Source: Gammaproteobacteria bacterium
GTDB lineage: Bacteria; Pseudomonadota; Gammaproteobacteria; DSM-16500
DNA: 64,000 nucleotides
Reading direction: 5' to 3'
Assembly (NCBI GenBank): GCA_041690995.1
Contig: JBEPVM010000001.1
Span: forward strand, 9,183-73,182
Made by a program: the position numbers and the translations under genes. Below are positions 55,803-64,000 of this stretch, one piece after another. The notes below the pieces were generated by a model. The model made no database searches. It was given only the letters and a program-made list of their open reading frames with translations, and was not told the DNA's origin. The number at the start of each line of letters is the position of its first letter. Positions within the stretch are counted from its first letter, which is position 1.

Positions 55803-56834
55803 ATGAATGAAATAGAAACTAAAAGGCTTGTCTTAAATAGTTTTAAAAAACACGAGAATTCTATTAAAAGTAGTAATAGGTTAGAGGATATTGAAATTTT
55901 GGCGCAACGTAGCAACGATAATATCCACACGGTTGTCTATGAAATAAATGGTCAAGGAAAAAATAATAGTAAGGATATGCTATATGAAATATCTTTTTTT
56001 AAAAAAGATGAGTTTCAAAATTTCGAATATTCATACAAGTATGATCTATCTCAGTTATCTGAAAAATATTGTTCTATGCAAGAAAATGAATTATGTATCA
56101 GGCAGATTGGCGATAGAGTATTACATTGTGAAGCTAAACCTGTTACTGATTTTACATCCGATCCAGAAAATGAAATAAATAAGCAAATCACTTTACTTAA
56201 AAATGTATTATCTAAAACGGGTGGTGTGGGCATTGCCGCGAACCAATGTCTACAACTCGATCAACCCTTAAAAATAATATTAGTCGGCATTGATTATCAA
56301 AACCAGGAACATTTGATTAAAGCAATTTCACGTTACCCCTCACTGTTGTTCCCAGAGCTGCAAGTTTATATTAACCCTATGATTATAGATATAAGTCATG
56401 AGTATGATGTTTTTCCAGAAGGATGTTTAAGTGTAACAGGCGTATTGCGTGCGCTCGTCCTAAGACCTATAACTGTAACCATTCGTTATCAAGATAGAGG
56501 GGGGCATTTTCATGAGGAACAATTCAGTGGGATGGATGCTCGTATCATGCTGCATGAAATGGATCATATTCAAAATGGTAAAGTGTATATTCAGCGAATT
56601 ATAGAAGAACTCTCTCATGACCAACTCACTCAGATGAAAAAAATAGTTTCTAAAAGTCTGCCAGACTCAAAAAAAAATCCAATAATGAATGCGTTTCTAT
56701 CACCATTCATTGTTTTTAAGCGAGACCAAGGCAATAAATTGATTTTTGATGAGGGCGAGCTGGCAGAAACATTAAAAAAGATGCCTGCTATTGTGCTGCA
56801 TGGCATCCATAATGAATTAATGAATGAACTGTGA
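55803..56834 (+). CDS. peptide deformylase-family protein with ~100-aa N-terminal and ~80-aa C-terminal extensions
   Basis: The Def motifs are GGVGIAANQC (motif 1), PEGCLSV (motif 2) and LHEMDHIQNG (motif 3, HExxH). It is 343 aa against about 170 aa for a canonical Def. Confidence 0.75.
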   Translation: MNEIETKRLVLNSFKKHENSIKSSNRLEDIEILAQRSNDNIHTVVYEINGQGKNNSKDMLYEISFFKKDEFQNFEYSYKYDLSQLSEKYCSMQENELCIRQIGDRVLHCEAKPVTDFTSDPENEINKQITLLKNVLSKTGGVGIAANQCLQLDQPLKIILVGIDYQNQEHLIKAISRYPSLLFPELQVYINPMIIDISHEYDVFPEGCLSVTGVLRALVLRPITVTIRYQDRGGHFHEEQFSGMDARIMLHEMDHIQNGKVYIQRIIEELSHDQLTQMKKIVSKSLPDSKKNPIMNAFLSPFIVFKRDQGNKLIFDEGELAETLKKMPAIVLHGIHNELMNEL

Positions 56835-56849
56835 AAACGTATAGAGCAT
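56756..56849. repeat. 94-bp direct repeat, copy A (3' end of def-like gene)
   Basis: It aligns without gaps to 58650-58743 at roughly 80% identity (77/94 by my count). Confidence 0.7.
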
Positions 56850-57094
56850 GTGTGATATATAAATTAATGTTAAAAAAATAATTTTTCCCCCCGAAAAAAT
56901 ACAAGTAATTGGTTGATTATATTGAAAAGTTAGCGTTTTATGAGCAATATCCATTAACTGAGAGGAGTAGGTTTATAGGAGAAATTAGAGAGACGACTGG
57001 AATGTTAAATTAACATTTCACATAGAATAATATATTCGCATTTCGCTAGTATATATCTGTTTGTAATGTACAAAAGTATTAAAGGTGGTGTTTA

Positions 57095-58519
57095 GTGGAT
57101 ATTAATCAAGTCATGGTGCTGATACAGCAGGGTGAGTCACATCACTTGGAATTTAAAAGATCTACCGCTCAGTTAAAAGCAGCTTTTGAAACGGTTTGTG
57201 CGTTTTTAAATGGGCAAGGTGGTATTATATTAATCGGCGTTTCTGATAATGGTCAAATAAGCGGTCAAGATGTCACAGATAACACTCGCCAGGAAATTGC
57301 ACGTGAAATAAATAAGATTGAGCCATCAGCGTCAATTGAGATATTTTATTTGCTGGTAAATCATAAAAAATATGTGATTGTTATTGAAGTTGCCCCCAAT
57401 AACCATGCACCTTATACGTATGATGGACGTGCTTTTGAACGTAATCAATCAACTACCCATAGGATGACGCAGCATGGCTATGAGCAATTGTTAGTTGAAC
57501 GTGGGCAATTAAATCATTCGTGGGAAGAGTCAATTGCCACTAGCTATGCGATTGATGATCTTGACCTTAATGAAATTCGCTTAGCTGTTAAGCAAGGTAT
57601 TGCTGCTGGACGTGTTCCAGCGACTGCGGATAATGAAACGATAGAAGGTATTTTAAAGAGTTGGAATCTTATGGAAAATGGAAGAATTAATAATGCGGCG
57701 GTCGTTTTATTTGCTAAAAATATATTGCCTCGCTACCCTCAATGTCATTTAAAATTAGGGCGATTTAGAGGAATAGATATGCTGGGAGATTTTATTGATA
57801 ATAAAGAATTTTTTGGTAACGCCTTTAAAATGCTTGAAGAAGCGAATAGTTTTATCGCTCGCCACCTACCGATCGCTAGTTTTTTTGAACAGGATCGTTT
57901 TGAACGGATTGATAAACCGGCTTTGCCTACATTAGCTGTACGCGAAGCATTGATAAATGCAATTTGTCATCGTGATTATTCAAATCGAGCATCCTCAATT
58001 ACATTAGCTATTTTTGATGATCGTATGGAGATATGGAATAGCGGAAAGTTACCTGCTAATTTAAAAATAGCTGATTTAAGAAAAAAGCATAAGTCAGAAT
58101 CCAGAAATAAAATTATCGCAAAAGTTTTTTACGACAGAAAATATTTCGATGGATGGGGCACAGGAATTATTAAAATTTTTGATTTATGTCGTGCAAATGA
58201 CGTGCCTGATCCAGAATATGAGGAGTATTCTGGAGGAGTTGAAATTCGTTTTAAATTTAGGGAGTCAATAGGTACTCCAAAAAAATCTGAGCTTGTGTTC
58301 TCCGAATATCCGTTAAGTATTCGCCAAAGAAATATCTTAAAAATTCTGATGGCAGGCACAAAAATGACTGTTGGAGAAATTACAAAAAGTATGGAAAATC
58401 CACCTTCACCACGTACAGTAGGGGATGATCTATCGTTTTTAAAAGAATCAGGATTAGTGAAACTTGAAGGTGTAGGCCGCGGAGCCAAGTGGTTTGCTGA
58501 ATCAAAGCAGAAAAAATAA
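57095..58519 (+). CDS. AlbA_2 (Schlafen-like) / HATPase_c_4-like / wHTH protein; paralog 2
   Basis: GTG start. It reads DINQVMVLIQQGESHHLEFKRSTAQLKAAFETVCAFLNGQGGIILIGVSDNGQISGQ, then VREALINAICHRDYSNRASSITLAIFDDRMEIWNSG, with the C-terminus LSIRQRNILKIL...VGEIT. Confidence 0.75.
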   Translation: MDINQVMVLIQQGESHHLEFKRSTAQLKAAFETVCAFLNGQGGIILIGVSDNGQISGQDVTDNTRQEIAREINKIEPSASIEIFYLLVNHKKYVIVIEVAPNNHAPYTYDGRAFERNQSTTHRMTQHGYEQLLVERGQLNHSWEESIATSYAIDDLDLNEIRLAVKQGIAAGRVPATADNETIEGILKSWNLMENGRINNAAVVLFAKNILPRYPQCHLKLGRFRGIDMLGDFIDNKEFFGNAFKMLEEANSFIARHLPIASFFEQDRFERIDKPALPTLAVREALINAICHRDYSNRASSITLAIFDDRMEIWNSGKLPANLKIADLRKKHKSESRNKIIAKVFYDRKYFDGWGTGIIKIFDLCRANDVPDPEYEEYSGGVEIRFKFRESIGTPKKSELVFSEYPLSIRQRNILKILMAGTKMTVGEITKSMENPPSPRTVGDDLSFLKESGLVKLEGVGRGAKWFAESKQKK

Positions 58520-58520
58520 A

Positions 58521-58559
58521 GGGGCGGTAATGGGGCGGTAATGGGGCGGTAATGGGGCA
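58521..58559. repeat. tandem repeat, 11-nt unit GGGGCGGTAAT x 3.5
   Basis: GGGGCGGTAAT GGGGCGGTAAT GGGGCGGTAAT GGGGCA begins 2 nt after the stop of paralog 2. Confidence 0.85.
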
Positions 58560-58649
58560 GAACATTAATAACAGCATGATTTTATTGGGGTTTTAAATTT
58601 CGGTAAAATAGGGTCTGGCGGGGAGGGAAACCAGGGAAATATTAAGACT

Positions 58650-58743
58650 CGAGCTGATAGAAACATTAAAAAAGATGCCTGCTATTGCATTACAAGCTGT
58701 CCATAACGAGTTAATTAATGAATTGAAAAAACGTATAGAACAT
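58650..58743. repeat. 94-bp direct repeat, copy B (pseudo 3' end of def-like gene, overlaps ubiB 3' end)
   Basis: It translates in + frame as ...LELIETLKKMPAIALQAVHNELINELKKRIEHS*. Copy A encodes GELAETLKKMPAIVLHGIHNELMNEL*. Confidence 0.7.
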
Positions 58744-60295
58744 AGTTAAGAGTGATAACACCCAATAGCCCACTACTAAGACCAAACAAAAAATAACCCA
58801 AACCAAAACTTCTTTTAGAGTTATCAGAACGCTGTGGTTTCTTAATTAATCTCATTTCTTCCTGATATTTTTTTGTTTGAGTCAATACTTCATAAATTAA
58901 CTCAGGCATTTCGGGTAACTTCTCAGACCAATACGGTAAATTTTCACGTATTCGGCAAAAGAATGCTTTTACTCCAATTTGTTTTTTAAGCCATTTTTCC
59001 AAGAAAGGCGCTGCAGTTGCCCAAAGGTCCAGCTCAGGATAAATTTGTCTCCCAACACCTTCGACATTCAGTAATGTTTTTTGTAACAAAATAAGCTGCG
59101 GTTGAATATTAATATTAAAATGATGCGCTGTTTGAAATAGCCGTAATAACAATTGCCCAAAAGAAATATCTTTTAATGGCCGTTCAAAAATAGGTTCACA
59201 GACGGCGCGAATAGCCCCTGCAAATTGATCAACACGTGTATCGTAAGATAACCATCCTGATGCCAAATGCAATTCTGCCACACGTTGATAATCCCGCTTA
59301 AAAAAAGCTAGCATATTCTCAGCCAAATAACGCTGATCTTTTGTGCTGAGCGAACCCGCAATACCAAAATCCACAGCTATATATTGTGGATTTTCTAAGT
59401 GATGAGGCGAAACAAAAATATTACCCGGATGCATATCGGCATGAAAAAAACTATCGCGAAACACTTGCGTGAAAAAAATTTCAATGCCTGTTTCCGCAAG
59501 TTTTTTCATATTAATGCCAGCGTTTTTCAACGCAGTAATATTATTTACAGGAATCCCATGTATACGTTCCATCACCAGTATAGTAGTCCGGCAATAATTC
59601 CAGTAAATTTCAGGAATATAAAGTTGATCTGAATTTTTAAAATTTCGCCGTAATTGCGAAGCGTTCGCGCCTTCTCGCATTAAATCGAGTTCTTCATGCA
59701 ATGTATAAGTGATCTCTTCAACAATTTCCTTAGCCTTAAACTGACGCCCGCGAGCCCAGTAATGATCTGCGAGACGTGCGATTATTCTTAACAAATCCAA
59801 ATCACGTTCGATAATTTTCCTAATATTAGGACGAAGTACCTTAATAACAACAGAACGATTATCCAATAAAGTAGCCGCATGGACTTGCGCGATAGAAGCC
59901 GAAGCCAGTGCGTGATTATCAAATTCAGAAAAAATATCAGATATAGGCGCGCCTAAGGCTGCTTCAATTATTTTTTTTGCTTCTATACTCGAAAAAGGCG
60001 GCACTTGATCTTGTAATTTTGCTAGCTCCTCTGCAATATCCTCTGGCAATAAATCACGCCGCGTTGAAAGAATTTGCCCCGCTTTAATGAAAATCGGACC
60101 CAGATTTTCTAATGCAAGGCGAATACGTACCCCTCGCGTCATTTTATTTTTTAATAACCAATACCAAGGATTAAAATATTTAAAAAATCTAAACGGATAA
60201 AACCAGGACGTTTGAAAGATAATTTCATCTAAATTATACCGCATTAAAATAAAATTAATGCGAATTAAACGGAATAATCGCTTAAAGTAGTTCAT
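58715..60295 (-). CDS. ubiB: ubiquinone biosynthesis regulatory protein kinase UbiB (AarF/ABC1 family)
   Basis: 526 aa with LGPIFIKAGQILSTRRDLLP, ASIAQVH, HADMHPGNIF and two C-terminal TM helices. Confidence 0.92.
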   Translation of the reverse strand: MNYFKRLFRLIRINFILMRYNLDEIIFQTSWFYPFRFFKYFNPWYWLLKNKMTRGVRIRLALENLGPIFIKAGQILSTRRDLLPEDIAEELAKLQDQVPPFSSIEAKKIIEAALGAPISDIFSEFDNHALASASIAQVHAATLLDNRSVVIKVLRPNIRKIIERDLDLLRIIARLADHYWARGRQFKAKEIVEEITYTLHEELDLMREGANASQLRRNFKNSDQLYIPEIYWNYCRTTILVMERIHGIPVNNITALKNAGINMKKLAETGIEIFFTQVFRDSFFHADMHPGNIFVSPHHLENPQYIAVDFGIAGSLSTKDQRYLAENMLAFFKRDYQRVAELHLASGWLSYDTRVDQFAGAIRAVCEPIFERPLKDISFGQLLLRLFQTAHHFNINIQPQLILLQKTLLNVEGVGRQIYPELDLWATAAPFLEKWLKKQIGVKAFFCRIRENLPYWSEKLPEMPELIYEVLTQTKKYQEEMRLIKKPQRSDNSKRSFGLGYFLFGLSSGLLGVITLNYVLYVFSIH

Positions 60296-60918
60296 TTCTT
60301 ATCTCTACTTATTTTTTCAGATAATTTTTGTATTCTCGCCTCTAACCGATCTGTGTCCATACGCAATTCATCCACATCACTATAAAAATCACACAATGCT
60401 TCACTGGGCGGAAATAAATTAGCTTCTTCATGCACATACTCATCAATATTTTCTGTCAATGTTGTACAGATACGCTTCCCAAATTGTTTAATTTTCCTTG
60501 TAAAACGGACTAATTGATGAGACCCAATATCACCCAACCCACGTGATAGATACTCTTCCCAATCAATTTCCAACTCATCAAAAAGCGCTATCACTTGCTG
60601 CCCTAATTCTAAATTGCCCTCAATAACAATGCTATTATCAGAAAAAAATTGTTTTCTATTATCCTGCGCCAAAGCGATATGTAACAGCGATAACGGCGTA
60701 CCTTTAATAGTCGTATGCGGCTCAGAAAAATGGTCTGTTTTTAACAAAATATCTGATTCAGTAAACTGAAGTTGAACGGGATGTCCCCCCAATTCAATCG
60801 TGACTATTTTTCCATTTAATTTTAATAAACGCTGCCGAGATTCAGGATCTAAAGCAAGATAAGCATTGATTGCTTTAGGCAAATATTCTTCTATAAATTT
60901 ATTTATTATGGAGTACAT
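60292..60918 (-). CDS. ubiJ: ubiquinone biosynthesis accessory factor UbiJ (SCP2 domain)
   Basis: 208 aa. It sits between ubiE and ubiB with 4-nt and 1-nt overlaps. The N-terminal region is SCP2-like. Confidence 0.75.
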   Translation of the reverse strand: MYSIINKFIEEYLPKAINAYLALDPESRQRLLKLNGKIVTIELGGHPVQLQFTESDILLKTDHFSEPHTTIKGTPLSLLHIALAQDNRKQFFSDNSIVIEGNLELGQQVIALFDELEIDWEEYLSRGLGDIGSHQLVRFTRKIKQFGKRICTTLTENIDEYVHEEANLFPPSEALCDFYSDVDELRMDTDRLEARIQKLSEKISRDKK

Positions 60919-61688
60919 TAATATTTAAATCCTATATGCAGTGCGACAATACCACCTGCTAAATTATGATATTCAACATCTTCAAAAGCACATTCTTCTA
61001 ATAAATTTTTTAAAGCTATTTGGTCAGGATGCATGCGAATAGATTCAACCAAATATTGATAACTTCTTTCATCATTCGCAATCCACCCGCCTAATTTTGG
61101 AATCAACTTAAACGAATACGCATCATATAGAGCATCCAGCAACGGTTGCGTGGGTTTAGAAAATTCCAATACCAATAACTTCCCACCAGGCTTTAACACG
61201 CGATACATAGAATGCAACGCAGCCGTTTTATCCGTGACATTTCGCAGCCCAAAAGCAATAGAAATACAATCAAAATAACCCGATGGAAATGGCAACTGCT
61301 CCGCATCTGCTTGCACAAAACCAACATTGCCCACAATACCTTGATTTAATAAATGTTCGCGGCCTTGTTGCAGCATTTTTTCATTAATATCCGCCAATAC
61401 AACCCGACCTTCGTTTCCCACTTTTTTAGCAAATTGAGCCGCTAAATCGCCTGTTCCACCGGCTATATCCAAGATAATTTGTCCTGGAAGTATATGACTT
61501 TTTGCAATAGTAAATTTTTTCCATAAACGATGCAGCCCTAATGACATGACATCATTCATGAGATCATATTGATTGGCAACTGAGTGAAACACTTCAGCCA
61601 CACGCTGAGCTTTTTCTTGTATAGGGATTTCTGTAAAACCAAAATGCGTGTGAGATTCATCAAGAGGTTTTTTTATCATTGGCGACAC
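60918..61688 (-). CDS. ubiE: ubiquinone/menaquinone biosynthesis C-methyltransferase UbiE
   Basis: [32 protein letters not shown], the SAM motif [12 protein letters not shown], and FGLRNVTDK are present. Confidence 0.92.
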   Translation of the reverse strand: MSPMIKKPLDESHTHFGFTEIPIQEKAQRVAEVFHSVANQYDLMNDVMSLGLHRLWKKFTIAKSHILPGQIILDIAGGTGDLAAQFAKKVGNEGRVVLADINEKMLQQGREHLLNQGIVGNVGFVQADAEQLPFPSGYFDCISIAFGLRNVTDKTAALHSMYRVLKPGGKLLVLEFSKPTQPLLDALYDAYSFKLIPKLGGWIANDERSYQYLVESIRMHPDQIALKNLLEECAFEDVEYHNLAGGIVALHIGFKY

Positions 61689-62497
61689 AACCGAAAATTG
61701 TCAGGCATTGTACCCTTGTCAGTAGAACGATACGGATTAATATCCAAACCCCCACGACGTGTATAACGCGCATAAACAGATAATTTTTGTGGTTTGCAAT
61801 GTTCCATGATATCTAAAAACATTCTTTCAACACATTGTTCACCAAATTCAGTATGGTCACGAAAAGAAATAATATATTTTAATAAACTATCATGCAGAAT
61901 TTTTTTCCCCCTATAACAAATTTGCACGCTACCCCAATCAGGTTGGCCTGTGATCAAACAATTCGATTTTAATAAATTCGAATATAAAATCTCAGAAATA
62001 ATTTCCGTCTGCGTTTGCAATAAATCAGGCTTAACAAGATAAGTATCACACGCAATATCAAGCTCATCTAAGCAAATACCACTAAAAACATCTGTTTTTA
62101 TAGATTTAAATGTATCCACCGATAATACAGTGACTTGCACAGGAGCTTGTATAACGTCTCCCAAGTCTCTCTGTAAAATATTAACCAATTCATTAATGCT
62201 TGAAACACGCGTATTATTAAAAGAATTGAGATAGAGTTTAAATGATTTCGCTTCAATAAGATGAGGTGATTCACAAGGAAAAATAAATTCAGCTAACGCA
62301 ACAATAGGCTTTCCTTTACTATTTAACCAAGAAAGTTCATAAGCATTCCAAATATCCACACCTGTAAAAGGCAAAGAATTTGTTAAGTTAAGTTTAGATC
62401 GATTCATTTGACGCGTGATAGGAAATAATAATTCTTTTTTATACTGCGAAATATAAGCTGTTTTTTTACCAAGAGGCGCACCTTCGAGTGCATTCAT
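61676..62497 (-). CDS. queF: NADPH-dependent 7-cyano-7-deazaguanine reductase, two-domain (type II) QueF
   Basis: 273 aa with [14 protein letters not shown], the catalytic Cys [16 protein letters not shown], and [17 protein letters not shown]. It is colinear with E. coli QueF. Confidence 0.9.
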   Translation of the reverse strand: MNALEGAPLGKKTAYISQYKKELLFPITRQMNRSKLNLTNSLPFTGVDIWNAYELSWLNSKGKPIVALAEFIFPCESPHLIEAKSFKLYLNSFNNTRVSSINELVNILQRDLGDVIQAPVQVTVLSVDTFKSIKTDVFSGICLDELDIACDTYLVKPDLLQTQTEIISEILYSNLLKSNCLITGQPDWGSVQICYRGKKILHDSLLKYIISFRDHTEFGEQCVERMFLDIMEHCKPQKLSVYARYTRRGGLDINPYRSTDKGTMPDNFRLCRQ

Positions 62498-63285
62498 ACC
62501 ACCAGCTCCTCTATTCTTTTCGCTTCATCGACCCTTTGTAATATTTCCCCTGCAAGCGTTAAATAAGCCACAGCGCCTTGTGATTTCTCGTCATATTGAA
62601 AAATACCCATTCCATGACTGGGCGCTTCTGCTAAACGTACATTACGTGGAATCACAGTGCGATAGATACGATCAGGAAAATGCTGAAGTAATTGCGTTGA
62701 TACATCTAACGCCAGACGATTACGCCCATCGTACATCGTTCGCAATAAACCTTCGATATATAAGGCAGGATTAATAGTTGTTTGAATTTGTTTAATGGTG
62801 CTTAATAACCCTGTTAAACCCTCCAATGCAAAATATTCACATTGAATAGGAATCAAAACAGAATGCGCCGCCGCCAATGCATTGACTGTCAAAATATTCA
62901 GTGAAGGCGGGCAGTCAATAAAAACATAATCATAATTTGCAACGATAGGAGCAATCACTTGTTTTAGTTGTAATTCACGTTGCGTCATTTGCAATAATTG
63001 CATTTCAGCTACAATGAGTTCATGATTCGTTGGCAATACATCATAGCCGCCAGAAGCTGGCACGATAGCAGATGTCACTTCTACTTTATTTAATAAAACA
63101 TCCTGCAATGCAGAAACGAAATGATCTTTATCAATACCGCTTCCTACCGTTGCATTACCTTGCGGATCTAAATCAATCAGCAATACCTTGCGTTTCATCA
63201 TCGCAAAAGCCGCCGCAAGATTAATACTGGTTGTCGTTTTAGCGACCCCGCCTTTCTGATTCACAATCGCAATTGTTTTACCCAT
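62494..63285 (-). CDS. parA: ParA/Soj chromosome partitioning ATPase
   Basis: It has the deviant Walker A IAIVNQKGGVAKTTTSINLA and LIDLDPQGNAT. It is downstream of rsmG. No parB follows. Confidence 0.88.
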   Translation of the reverse strand: MGKTIAIVNQKGGVAKTTTSINLAAAFAMMKRKVLLIDLDPQGNATVGSGIDKDHFVSALQDVLLNKVEVTSAIVPASGGYDVLPTNHELIVAEMQLLQMTQRELQLKQVIAPIVANYDYVFIDCPPSLNILTVNALAAAHSVLIPIQCEYFALEGLTGLLSTIKQIQTTINPALYIEGLLRTMYDGRNRLALDVSTQLLQHFPDRIYRTVIPRNVRLAEAPSHGMGIFQYDEKSQGAVAYLTLAGEILQRVDEAKRIEELVV

Positions 63286-63937
63286 GCTCTATCCCTTTTT
63301 TGGGGTCCTTTGCCAAACAAACTAAATGTCGCTCCGCCTTCATTCCATGAATTATTAATTTATGCACTGCAACCAATTTGAATCTTAAAGGTATTTCTTG
63401 GATTTCCTGCTCAGGATAAATACCCTTCATTGCTAGAAATAGGCTATCAGTTGTTGCTAAATGTTGTGTTGTTTCTAACATTACCTGAATAGATGCAAAA
63501 GCGCGAGAAAGAATGCTATCAAATTTTCCCATTGGATGATAATCCTCGCAACGGGCATGAATAATTTCAACATTGTTAAGTTTTAACTCATGCACCACTT
63601 GAGTTAAAAAACGAATTTTCTTGTTATTGCTATCTATTAGCGTAAATAATTTTTTAGGATAGAACAAAGCAAGAGGAATCCCAGGTAACCCAGCGCCCGT
63701 TCCGACATCTATTATTTTTTCGCCTTTTAAATAAGGATGAATAGACAAGCTATCCAAAATATGCAAAAAAATCATTTTTTCCGGCTCAGTAATATTTGTT
63801 AAATTTACTACTTTATTCCATTGTGTTAATAAATCCAAATAACGAATCAATTGCTCTGGTATCCCAAACGACAAAGTATATTGGTTAGCGTTTAATACAT
63901 CATGTAAGAAACCCAAATGTCTAAGCATCATACACAC
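63278..63937 (-). CDS. rsmG: 16S rRNA (guanine527-N7)-methyltransferase RsmG (GidB)
   Basis: It has IIDVGTGAGLPGIPLAL and shows mnmG-rsmG-parA synteny. The start may be one of the internal Met codons (MLRHLG...). Confidence 0.88.
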   Translation of the reverse strand: MCMMLRHLGFLHDVLNANQYTLSFGIPEQLIRYLDLLTQWNKVVNLTNITEPEKMIFLHILDSLSIHPYLKGEKIIDVGTGAGLPGIPLALFYPKKLFTLIDSNNKKIRFLTQVVHELKLNNVEIIHARCEDYHPMGKFDSILSRAFASIQVMLETTQHLATTDSLFLAMKGIYPEQEIQEIPLRFKLVAVHKLIIHGMKAERHLVCLAKDPKKGIEHG

Positions 63938-63940
63938 TTC

Positions 63941-64000
63941 CTATTTTCTGTCTTTCTTTAAGTGTACTAACAAAAGAGAAATAGCCGCAGGCGTGACACC
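63941..64000 (-). CDS. mnmG: tRNA uridine 5-carboxymethylaminomethyl modification enzyme MnmG (GidA), C-terminal 19 codons only
   Basis: Own translation of the minus strand gives GVTPAAISLLLVHLKKDRK*, the conserved GidA C-terminus. The ORF enters from beyond the window end. Confidence 0.75.
   Translation of the reverse strand, partial: GVTPAAISLLLVHLKKDRK

Overview
This is a 64-kb AT-rich gammaproteobacterial chromosome segment. Gene content and protein sequences (EF-P/EpmA/EpmB, class I aldolase, HtpG, TamAB, UbiE-J-B) look Legionellales/Coxiellaceae-like, but that taxon call is inference only. I count about 65 credible protein genes. I saw no rRNA, tRNA, CRISPR array, integrase or transposase gene. 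The housekeeping backbone is: polA (5' end), mnmE-yidC-yidD-rnpA-rpmH, folC, tamA-tamB, hsp20, ybeY, epmB / efp-epmA, suhB / trmJ, a cysteine desulfurase, htpG, a ubiH-family gene, phosphomannomutase, dut-coaBC / radC-rpmB-rpmG, class I FBA, proS, rlmJ-murI-kdsB, dacB, ubiE-ubiJ-ubiB, queF, parA, rsmG and mnmG (3' end). Accessory material sits between these blocks. (i) At 14.9-17.9 kb there is a tightly coupled m5C-methyltransferase operon. Its partners are a reading frame with two degenerate LAGLIDADG-like motifs, split by one in-frame TGA, and a separate PD-(D/E)xK nuclease. (ii) At 27.7-32.3 kb there is an island with an AAA ATPase-PD-(D/E)xK fusion gene bracketed by hairpin direct repeats, an arylamine N-acetyltransferase, and an MqsR/MqsA-like toxin-antitoxin pair with a translationally coupled third gene. 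(iii) Two paralogous AlbA_2/Schlafen-like wHTH genes are each followed at once by a GGCGGT-containing tandem repeat. One of them lies between diverged ~94-bp direct repeats. (iv) There are two further type II TA loci. (v) A ~165-bp MITE family with 46-bp TIRs and 8-bp TSDs has 3 copies. (vi) DnaA-box clusters lie beside rpmH and upstream of the methyltransferase operon. My best candidate for an undescribed system is the methyltransferase operon, followed by the three-gene MqsRA-like module and the hairpin-bracketed ATPase-nuclease. All domain calls come from motif recognition by eye; no searches were run.
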